From the NCBI GenBank assembly GCA_034665305.1, contig JAXDFZ010000010.1, positions 307,567-371,566 on the forward strand: DNA of 64,000 nt, read 5' to 3'. Under the pieces are notes generated by a model, which made no database searches, was not told where the DNA came from, and saw only the letters and a program-made list of their open reading frames with translations. The DNA is from Blastocatellia bacterium. GTDB taxonomy: Bacteria; Acidobacteriota; Blastocatellia; Pyrinomonadales; Pyrinomonadaceae. Both the position numbers and the translations under genes were made by a program. This document shows positions 7,734 through 15,499 of this stretch, piece after piece; the stretch's first letter is position 1, and the number at the start of each line of letters is the position of its first letter.

Positions 7734-9775
7734 GAATCAGCATCATTGGCGGTGGGCCAGCCGGGCTTTACTTCGCCATCCTCATGAAACGGACCGATCC
7801 GGCGTACGAAGTCACGGTCTATGAGCGGAATGGCCCAGACGATACATTCGGCTGGGGTGTAGTCTTTTCCGGAAAGACGCTAGCGAATCTGAAAGCGGCT
7901 GACGAAGAATCGTTCCGGCAAATCACCGATAGTTTTCAAACCTGGGACAACGTAGACGTCCGGCACCGCGATCAGCAGGTTACGATTCGCGGTAATCATT
8001 TTTCCGGCATCGCGCGTCTGGAGCTGCTGCGCATTCTGCATCGCCGCTGTCTGCAGTTGGGCGTCGAACTGAAGTTTCGCGCTGATCTGTCTCCTGCAGA
8101 TATTGCAGCGTTGCGAGACACTTCGAATCTGGTAATCGGTGCTGACGGTGTGAACAGCACGGTGCGCCGGGAATACGCGAAGGTGTTTGAACCGACGCTC
8201 GGAGTCCGCACGAATAGATATATTTGGTACGGCACACACCGCTTGTTCCATGGTTTGACGCTGACCTTTCGCGAGAATCCAGACGGCGTTTTCGCCGCGC
8301 ATTCATACAAATTCAACGAATCCACCAGTACGTTCATCATTGAGTGTGATGAACAAACCTGGAGGCGCGCCGGTTTCGCGGAGATGACGGACGCGGCGAC
8401 CCGAAGTTATCTGGAGCAGGTGTTTGCGCCGGACCTCGACGGCCACTCGTTGTTATCCAACAATTCAAAATGGATTAACTTTCTGCTCGTAAAGAACGCG
8501 AGTTGGAGTTACGGCAACATGGTCTTGCTGGGTGACGCGTTGCACACGGCGCATTTCTCGATCGGCTCAGGAACTAAACTAGCGTTCGAGGATGCGATCG
8601 CTCTACACAAGTGTTTTGCCGGGTCGGCAGATGTGCGTTCTGCTTTGGAAGAATTCGAAAAAGTGCGGAAGCCGGTCATCGAAGAATACCAGGCCGCCGC
8701 CTACGACAGCATGGTTTGGTTTGAGAACGCGAGGCAGTACATGCACCTCGATCCGGTCGAGCTAGCGTATGTGTTGATGACCCGCAGTGGGAAAGTCGAT
8801 CGCGACAGTTTGCAGCGGCGAGATCCGGAGTTTGTGGCGAGGTATGAGGCGTCGCGCGAATCGAATTGCTTCCGCGCTGGGACCAAGGTCAAAACAGGAA
8901 AAGGGTGGCGGGTAATTGAAGAAATTCAACCAGGCGAACTTGTTTTGTCTTATGAGAACGGCTTGCGCATGGTGGTTAGTTTACAGAAGCGACCGCATGT
9001 TGGAAGGTTACTTGGGCTTCGTTTGCGATCAAACATTGGGATTGTTTGGGTGACGCCAGACCAATGCTTTCTTGCCCCCTCTCCGCAAGCGGAGAGGGGG
9101 TTGGGGGGAAAGGAAGAGGCGCCAGCTAACCCCACCCCAAACCCCTCCCCGCGGGCGGGGAGGGGGAAGAACGCTGAGGTTCAGTGGAAACTCGGTGGAA
9201 CTTCTCCGACAACCGCTTACTTAGCACGGCAGTTACGAAAGGACTCAACCTCGGCAGAAAGGATTCTTTGGGAGTGTTTGCGCGGGCGGCGTTTAGCTGG
9301 TGCCAAGTTCCGCCGACAACATCCACTGGGAACCAATTATATAGCTGACTTTTATTGTTCTGAGGTGGGGTTAGCGATTGAGCTCGATGGAAGCGTGCAT
9401 GACTCTAATAAGGGGCGATGGGCCGACGGGATTCGACATCGACAACTGGCAGTGAGCGGCGTCAAGTTCTTGCGCTTTGAAAACTCACGGGTCTTCGACG
9501 ATTTAGATGGTTTATTACATCAGATCGCGCAATATCTCGTCGCTTCCAACCCCCAACCTGAGGGTAGTGAGGAACGACCAAAATGGCGAATAGCGAAAGA
9601 CCTTCTTCCCGGGGACCGACTGATCATTGACGAACACGGGCGCGTAGAATTCATCGAGAGTGTCGATCAGATTGTTGTTAATGAATCCGTTTACGATCTG
9701 GTGCTCGAACGGAACAGCCCATTTATTACCGAAGCGGGAGTTGTGCGCAGCCTTCATACGAGTGAAGTACAATAG
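7730..9775 (+). CDS. FAD-dependent monooxygenase. It is the N-terminal half of a 2-aminobenzoyl-CoA monooxygenase/reductase, also called a salicylyl-CoA 5-hydroxylase-like bifunctional enzyme. It is fused in frame to an intein-like Hint domain that encloses a DUF559 endonuclease.
   Basis: Residues 1-379 ([34 protein letters not shown]...[22 protein letters not shown]) match the monooxygenase half of the bifunctional aminobenzoyl/salicylyl-CoA monooxygenase-reductases. From Cys380 (nt 8867) the sequence switches to Hint block A ([28 protein letters not shown]) and block B (IVWVTPDQ). It then reads through a REP element, a DUF559 domain and Hint C-terminal blocks ([19 protein letters not shown]) before the stop. 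Confidence 0.7.
   Translation: [681 protein letters not shown]
8867..9760 (+). other. Intein-like (Hint) element with a nested DUF559/Vsr-like endonuclease domain, probably degenerate
   Basis: Block A begins with Cys. Block B reads TPDQ where the canonical motif is TXXH. The C-terminal block reads GVVRSLHT where VVHN is expected. Only 4 codons (SEVQ) follow as a C-extein before TAG. The DUF559 region (about 9185-9543) has the hallmark YIADFYC...LAIELDG...H...D...R...VLRFEN motif. Confidence 0.6.
9075..9166. repeat. GC-rich triple-palindrome REP-like element family A, copy 1. It is inserted in frame inside the intein-like ORF.
   Basis: CCCCCTCTCCGCAAGCGGAGAGGGGG ... AACCCCACCCCAA ... CCCCTCCCCGCGGGCGGGGAGGGG. 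The first and third modules are perfect palindromes. It is translated as [31 protein letters not shown] without a stop. Confidence 0.8.
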
Positions 9776-9781
9776 TATTGA

Positions 9782-11335
9782 TTATCCCTGCCACTTGGGC
9801 GCCAGTAATCGCCGGCGGCCATCATTCGCCAAGCTTATCCCTGATTCATCGAGCTCTTTTCGATCCCAAAGTTTGCAGGTCACCTGCTTGTGCGCCTGGT
9901 CCAGGGCCTCACAGTAGTTCGTATAAGTGCACCGCCTGACTTCATCACCGCGTCCGAGTCTGACTTTCAAAAACCAATCAGGATCGGCGAGTGCCTGGCG
10001 GGCGAGGCCAATAATGTCGGCCTCGCCGCGTTGCAGGATCGCTTCGGCCTGATCGAAGACAGTGATGCCGCCGGTTCCAACAACGGGAACATGAAACCCG
10101 GCATCATTGACGGCGGCTTTGATCGCACTAGCCAACGGCATCGACCGGCCAAATGGTCCAAGTTCATCGGACAGGGTCGTCGGCATGCATTCGTATCCGC
10201 TGCGGCCGGTGTACGGATAAACAGCTTCACCGACTTTTGGTTGCTGCGCGTCTTCGAACTTTCCGCCTTTCGAAAGTGAAAGAAAATCGAAGCCGGCTTT
10301 CGCGAACTCAATAGCGAAGTATCTGGCATCGTCCAGGCGGTTGCCGCCCGCAATCACTTCGTCACCCAGGAAACGCACCCCAACAACGTAAGCGTTTCCG
10401 ACGCGTTCGCGCACGGCACGATAAACCTCCAACGGTAGCCGCGCGCGTTCCGGGCGGGTTCCGCCATAACCATCACTACGGTTGTTCAGCGCGCTGAGAA
10501 AACCCGCCATCGTGTATGCATGGGCGTAATGAAGTTCCACGCCGTCAAAGCCCGCTTCGCGCGCTCGCCCTGCAGCATCAGCGAAAATTGCCGGCAGTGT
10601 TTGTGGGAGTTCCGCGATGTGCGGCAGGTGAGTGTCCGTTACGCGTTCGCGATAGCCGAGCTGCAAAGATTCCAGTTCCCGTTCGTTCAACACACTGGCG
10701 ATCACTTCGTCAGTAGCGTCCTCGAGAAAAGTACGTAACGCGCACTCGCTTGCGCTGAGCCAGTGATCATCGCCGGTCAATCGCGCCAGACGCTTACGAT
10801 GGCCCTCCGTCACTTCCAGAAAGCGTTGGAAGAACTTGCCCGGATCCGGTCGCCGTTTGATCGCCAGGAAATCGAGGATTTGAATGAACAAACGCGTTTC
10901 GCCATCGCTGGCGTCGCGCACCGTCTCGACGAGTTTCCGCAGGCCGGGAATAAATCGATCATGGCCAATGCGTAACAGCGGCCCACTGGGAATGTCGCGC
11001 ACACCGGTGGCCTCCACCACGATCGCGCCCGGCTTACCTGCAGCGAAGCGGCGGTACCAATCCAGGTTTTCCTGTGTGACAAATCCATCGTCGGTGGCCC
11101 GCCAGGGCACCATGGCCGGCACCCAGGTGCGGCTCGCGAGTGTGATGGGACCGATCGCGATCGGCCGGAACAGCAGTGAGCGAGCGGCCTCCTCGGCGGT
11201 GGGCCATCTTGTTTCCGGAAGCGGATGCTTGATTGGGTTAGCAAACTTCCACATAGAGTCTGTCAATTTACCACGGCTAACGCTCATGGAGTGCGTCGGC
11301 GACGGCGCTTTAGATATACGACCCTGCCGGCTCAT
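9782..11335 (-). CDS. NADH:flavin oxidoreductase of the Old Yellow Enzyme family. It matches the reductase half of the 2-aminobenzoyl-CoA monooxygenase/reductase and is encoded on the opposite strand.
   Basis: An OYE TIM-barrel follows the motifs LLFRPIAIGPITLASRTWVPAMVPW...GFDGVELHYAHAYTMAGFLSALNNRSDGYGG...VGVRFLGDE. The long open frame extends 5' to 11440, into REP copy 2, where only a TTG is available. ATG candidates lie at 11335, 11287 and 11254, so the true start is uncertain. The stop at 9782 is 6 nt from the stop of the convergent monooxygenase-intein ORF. Confidence 0.7.
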   Translation of the reverse strand: MSRQGRISKAPSPTHSMSVSRGKLTDSMWKFANPIKHPLPETRWPTAEEAARSLLFRPIAIGPITLASRTWVPAMVPWRATDDGFVTQENLDWYRRFAAGKPGAIVVEATGVRDIPSGPLLRIGHDRFIPGLRKLVETVRDASDGETRLFIQILDFLAIKRRPDPGKFFQRFLEVTEGHRKRLARLTGDDHWLSASECALRTFLEDATDEVIASVLNERELESLQLGYRERVTDTHLPHIAELPQTLPAIFADAAGRAREAGFDGVELHYAHAYTMAGFLSALNNRSDGYGGTRPERARLPLEVYRAVRERVGNAYVVGVRFLGDEVIAGGNRLDDARYFAIEFAKAGFDFLSLSKGGKFEDAQQPKVGEAVYPYTGRSGYECMPTTLSDELGPFGRSMPLASAIKAAVNDAGFHVPVVGTGGITVFDQAEAILQRGEADIIGLARQALADPDWFLKVRLGRGDEVRRCTYTNYCEALDQAHKQVTCKLWDRKELDESGISLANDGRRRLLAPKWQG

Positions 11336-11426
11336 AGACTCGAAAGCCCACCGTCTCAATCGTGTAACAGGAACGAATCCAAAGCGGTGTCGCGCTGCGC
11401 TTGCCCCGGACTCCAGATGTTCTTTA

Positions 11427-11516
11427 CCCCCTCTCCGCAAGCGGAGAGGGGGTTGGGGGGAGAGGATGCGACGGCGCTAACCCCACCCCCAACCCCTCCC
11501 CGCACGCGGGGAGGGG
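11427..11516. repeat. GC-rich triple-palindrome REP-like element family A, copy 2
   Basis: Same three modules as copy 1 and in direct orientation (CCCCCTCTCCGCAAGCGGAGAGGGGG ... CCCCTCCCCGCACGCGGGGAGGGG). It lies between the OYE gene's 5' region and kynU. Confidence 0.8.
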
Positions 11517-11571
11517 CTTACTCTGTGGTAAATTATCGTATCGAATAATTTGATAGCAGACGGAGTCTCCG

Positions 11572-12759
11572 GTGACCGATGATCTTCTCAAGTGGCGTGA
11601 CGAGTTTCCCATCCTCGAAAAGGCTGTCTATCTAATCTCGCACAGTTTGGGCGCCATGCCGCGCGCGACGTACCAGCAGCTGCAGGAGTATGCGGAGACA
11701 TGGGCCACCCGCGGTGTGCGCGCATGGGCCGAGGGCTGGTGGGAGATGCCGGTTACGGTGGGGAATGACGTGGGGCGGGTTATCGGCGCTGAGCCGCGCA
11801 CCGTCGTCATGCATCAGAACGTTTCTATTTGCCAGTCGCTGATTCTTTCCTGCTTTCAGCCGACACCCGAGCGAAACAAGATCGTCTATTCGGAGCTTAA
11901 TTTTCCGACGGTGATGTACGTCTATGAAGCGCACGCCCGCAATGGCCGCTTGCGCATTGAGACGGTCGAGTCAGACGACGGCATCACCGTGCCGCTGGAC
12001 CGGATGTTGGCGGCGATTGACGAAACTACTTTGCTCGTTCCGATCTCTCATGTTCTGTACAAGAGCGGTTTCTTGCAGAACGCGAAGGCCATTATCGAAC
12101 GCGCGCACGAAGTAGGCGCCATGGTGGTCCTCGATGTCTACCAATCGGCCGGCACCGTTCCCTTCAGTGTTACAGATCTGAACGTGGACTTCGCCACCGG
12201 CGGATCGGTTAAATGGTTGTGTGGTGGACCAGGGGCCGGGTATCTCTATGTGCGTCCCGATTTAATTCCCACGTTGCAACCGCAAACAACGGGTTGGATG
12301 GCCCATGAAGCGCCTTTCGCTTTTGACACCGACCTGCGCTATGCGCCGGGCATCGAAAGGTTCCTTCACGGCTCGCCTTCGATTCCGGCGCTGTACGCTG
12401 CGCGCAGCGGGTACAAAATCATCAACGAAATCGGTGTGCCGGCAATTCGGGAAAAAAGTGTGCGCCAAACAACGCGCCTGATTGAGTTGGCCGACGAGGC
12501 GGGATTTCATGTAACCAGCCCGCGCGATCCGGCGAGTCGCGGCGGCACGGTTACGATCGCGGCTGATCATGCTGCCGCAGTCACGCGAGAACTAGTGCGG
12601 CGCGAAATAATCGTCGACTATCGGCCGGGCGCCGGCGTGCGCATCTCGCCGCATTTTTATACCACTGACGATGAAGTCGAACGCGTCATCAGTGAGATGA
12701 AGATTATCAGGGACACACAGAGCTTTGAAACGAGCGACAAGGCCGGAGCCGCATATTGA
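11572..12759 (+). CDS. kynU: Kynureninase (PLP-dependent, aminotransferase class V fold)
   Basis: 395 aa with a GTG start. Kynureninase-like layout includes the KWLCGGPGAGYLYV region, matching the Pseudomonas kynureninase YKYLNGGPG. Confidence 0.75.
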   Translation: MTDDLLKWRDEFPILEKAVYLISHSLGAMPRATYQQLQEYAETWATRGVRAWAEGWWEMPVTVGNDVGRVIGAEPRTVVMHQNVSICQSLILSCFQPTPERNKIVYSELNFPTVMYVYEAHARNGRLRIETVESDDGITVPLDRMLAAIDETTLLVPISHVLYKSGFLQNAKAIIERAHEVGAMVVLDVYQSAGTVPFSVTDLNVDFATGGSVKWLCGGPGAGYLYVRPDLIPTLQPQTTGWMAHEAPFAFDTDLRYAPGIERFLHGSPSIPALYAARSGYKIINEIGVPAIREKSVRQTTRLIELADEAGFHVTSPRDPASRGGTVTIAADHAAAVTRELVRREIIVDYRPGAGVRISPHFYTTDDEVERVISEMKIIRDTQSFETSDKAGAAY

Positions 12760-12792
12760 GACCCGGAGCGCGCTTGCTCTTAGGCAATTAAC

Positions 12793-12875
12793 GGGGCAGT
12801 AGCCCGACCGTGAGGGAGGGCTCCGATTGAGTGCATGCGAGGGGGAGCCCTCCCTTACGGTCGGGCTACTGCCCC
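12793..12875. repeat. Near-perfect 32-bp inverted repeat (stem-loop) between kynU and kynA
   Basis: GGGGCAGTAGCCCGACCGTGAGGGAGGGCTCC, a 19-nt loop, then GGAGCCCTCCCTTACGGTCGGGCTACTGCCCC, with 1 mismatch. Confidence 0.8.
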
Positions 12876-12921
12876 GCTTCGCGGTAACCATCGAGCCGTC
12901 GCACTTCAAAACAGGTAATCA

Positions 12922-13824
12922 ATGACTAAAGACTACGGCGCCGAGGCCCCGCTCTCCTACAACAAGTATCTCCGCGTGCCGGAGCTGATCGACCTGCAGA
13001 GTTTGCTGTCCGATCCTGCGCACCATGATGAATTGCTCTTCATCACAGTTCATCAGGCTTACGAGCTTTGGTTCAAGCAAATCCTCCATGAGATTGACGC
13101 AGCGATCCGGTTGATGGATGAAGATCGAGGCGCGACCGCTGCGCGCGCGCTGCTCCGGGTGGTGGAGATCGAAAAACTTCTGGTCCAGCAGATTCATATT
13201 CTGGAAACTATGACGCCGGTAAACTTTCTCGCCTTTCGCGAAGAACTGAATCCCGCCAGTGGCTTTCAATCAATGCAGTTTCGCGAGATTGAGTTTTCTT
13301 CCGGTGCGAAAGATGAAGGCGTCCTGCGCCAGGCAGCAACAGATGAATTTGCGCTCGGGCGACTACAAGCTCGCATGGAAGCGCCGTCGCTGGGCGACAC
13401 TTTTTACGCGCTGTTACGCCGCCGGGGTTTTGATGCGCCCGCCGATGACGTGCCACCCGATAAGACCGAGCGCGGGCGACCGTACGGCAAGCGGGTTCGT
13501 GCAGTCCGCGACATCCTCGCTGATTTTGAAAATCACGAGCAGGAGTTTGCCCTTGCCGAAGCGCTGCTGGCACACGACGAATGGTTTTCCCTCTGGCGAT
13601 CGCACCACATCAAAATGGTCGAGCGCATGGTGGGTGCTAAAAGAGGGACAGGAGGATCGGAAGGCGTAGGGTATCTTCAGACTACGCTGACGAAAAGGTT
13701 CTTTCCGGAAATCTGGGAAGCTCGCACGTACCTGACGGCAAGCAGCCAAGAAGCCGGATGCCCGTTTGCCGGCGATCAGGCATCACAAAATGAAGAACCC
13801 TCATCCCCTGTCAAAGGAACATGA
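12922..13824 (+). CDS. kynA: Tryptophan 2,3-dioxygenase
   Basis: 300 aa with YNKYLRVPELIDLQSLLS...HHDELLFITVHQAYELWFKQILHEI...GFQSMQFREIEF...KRGTGGSEGVGYLQ, matching bacterial tryptophan 2,3-dioxygenase block for block. Confidence 0.9.
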   Translation: MTKDYGAEAPLSYNKYLRVPELIDLQSLLSDPAHHDELLFITVHQAYELWFKQILHEIDAAIRLMDEDRGATAARALLRVVEIEKLLVQQIHILETMTPVNFLAFREELNPASGFQSMQFREIEFSSGAKDEGVLRQAATDEFALGRLQARMEAPSLGDTFYALLRRRGFDAPADDVPPDKTERGRPYGKRVRAVRDILADFENHEQEFALAEALLAHDEWFSLWRSHHIKMVERMVGAKRGTGGSEGVGYLQTTLTKRFFPEIWEARTYLTASSQEAGCPFAGDQASQNEEPSSPVKGT

Positions 13825-15428
13825 CGATCCAATTCCCAGAGCGGTTCAACATGGCCGACTACTTCCTCTACCACAATCTGGAGGAAGGACGCGGCGATAA
13901 AGTCTGTCTTTATTACGAAGATCAAACCTATACGTATGGCGATGCGGCGCGCATGTCGAATCGCACCGGTAATGCGCTACGTGAGTTAGGTGTCGAGGTT
14001 GAGGATCGCGTTCTGCTGGTCATGCCGGATTGTCCGGAATTTGTCTGGACCTGGTTTGGCGCGGCGCGCATCGGTGCGGTTATCACGATGGTCAATCCAT
14101 TGTTGCCGGTGGATGACTACAAATACTATCTCGATTACACACGGGCCCGCGTGGCCGTGATTCATCGCTCGCTGATCAAAACTTTCACGGAAGCAGCCCG
14201 CGACACCACTTTTCTGCGCGCGGTTGTTGTTGTCGGGGACGACGAAGCCGCGACGGATCGGAGTCCCTTTCCCGGGGGCGAGAAGAGCGCAGTTACCGGG
14301 AAAGCGCGCTGGGTTGCCTTCAATGAAATAGTGTCAGCGCAGCCGCCCATCTGCCGCGCCGCCGACACGCACCGTGACGACATCGCAATCTGGCTTTTCA
14401 CTTCCGGTTCCACCGGCCACCCAAAAGGCGCCGTGCACCTGCAACACGACTTGCCTTACAACACCGAAGTTTTCGCCAAAGCGACGATGGGCGTTAACGA
14501 AAACGATCTGACAGTTTCGGTTCCGAAACTCTTTTTCGGCTACGCCACGGGAACCAATTTGCTGTTTCCATTTGCAGTCGGCGGAGCCACCGCGCTCTTT
14601 TCAGAACGTTCGACGCCGGAAAAACTTTTCGAAGTGATCCATCGTTACCGCCCGACAATTCTGACGACCGTCCCGACAATGATTAACTCAATGCTGAATG
14701 CCGACAACGCGCGGCAGCATGATCTGTCGTGCCTGCGGTTTTGCTATTCGGCGGGCGAAGCTCTTCCGGTCGAGCTTTATCACCGTTGGAAGGAAGTCTT
14801 CGGCGTCGAAATTTGCGACGGCATCGGGTCCGCTGAAATGTTTCATATCTACATCACCAATCGACCTGGTGATGTAAGGCCCGGAAGCCTGGGACGGACG
14901 GTTAACGGATACGAGGCCCGAATTGTCGACGCCGCAGGAAAAGAAGTTGCCGTGAACGAGATGGGCACTTTGAAGATCAAAGGCGACTCGGCCGCACTCT
15001 GTTACTGGAACGCGCATGAAAAGTCGAAAGAGGTGTTCGCGGGAGATTGGTGTACGACCGGCGACCAGTTTCACGCAGACTCTGAAGGATACTATTGGTA
15101 TCACGGTCGCACCGACGACATGCTGAAAGTCTCGGGTGTTTTCGTCGCTCCGGCCGAGATTGAGAATTGCCTGTTGCAGCATCCCGCGGTTTTGGAATGC
15201 GCAATCATTGGAGCTGCGGACGGTGATGGGTTGATAAAGCCGAAAGCGTTCGTCGTCCTTCGCCAAAGGGCAGAAGTCTCAACAAACGATCAACTAGCCC
15301 AGGACTTAAAAGATTTTGTGAAGTCTCGCCTGGCTCCTTACAAATACCCGCGCTCGATCGACTTCGTTTCATCACTCCCAAAAAACGATCGCGGAAAAAT
15401 CGATCGCAAGCAATTGAAGAGTGAGTAA
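13821..15428 (+). CDS. Benzoate-CoA ligase family protein, most likely 2-aminobenzoate (anthranilate)-CoA ligase
   Basis: 535 aa with an adenylate-forming enzyme AMP-binding motif (TSGSTGHPKGAV) and an N-terminal NMADYFLYHNLEEGRG typical of the benzoate-CoA ligase clade. Its start overlaps the kynA stop (ATGA). Confidence 0.8.
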   Translation: MTIQFPERFNMADYFLYHNLEEGRGDKVCLYYEDQTYTYGDAARMSNRTGNALRELGVEVEDRVLLVMPDCPEFVWTWFGAARIGAVITMVNPLLPVDDYKYYLDYTRARVAVIHRSLIKTFTEAARDTTFLRAVVVVGDDEAATDRSPFPGGEKSAVTGKARWVAFNEIVSAQPPICRAADTHRDDIAIWLFTSGSTGHPKGAVHLQHDLPYNTEVFAKATMGVNENDLTVSVPKLFFGYATGTNLLFPFAVGGATALFSERSTPEKLFEVIHRYRPTILTTVPTMINSMLNADNARQHDLSCLRFCYSAGEALPVELYHRWKEVFGVEICDGIGSAEMFHIYITNRPGDVRPGSLGRTVNGYEARIVDAAGKEVAVNEMGTLKIKGDSAALCYWNAHEKSKEVFAGDWCTTGDQFHADSEGYYWYHGRTDDMLKVSGVFVAPAEIENCLLQHPAVLECAIIGAADGDGLIKPKAFVVLRQRAEVSTNDQLAQDLKDFVKSRLAPYKYPRSIDFVSSLPKNDRGKIDRKQLKSE

Positions 15429-15456
15429 CGGAGGCTCTACGACATCAGTTCTTATT

Positions 15457-15496
15457 GGCCAGATGGAAGACATTCCGTCCTGGCCTTTTGCTTTTT
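15457..15496 (+). terminator. Rho-independent terminator after the aryl-CoA ligase gene
   Basis: GGCCAG-loop-CTGGCC hairpin followed by TTTTGCTTTTT. Confidence 0.55.
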
Positions 15497-15499
15497 AGT

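Noticed and set aside
9776-9781. Continuation of the monooxygenase-intein ORF into a C-extein in another frame
   Set aside because: All three plus-strand frames downstream of 9775 are the antisense of the OYE C-terminus and give no plausible continuation.
10884-11548. Plus-strand ORFs (198 aa, 107 aa) inside the OYE gene and REP copy 2
   Set aside because: Antisense to the OYE reductase. Their apparent [11 protein letters not shown] peptide is just the REP palindrome read in frame.
14688-15266. 192-aa minus ORF
   Set aside because: Antisense to the aryl-CoA ligase.
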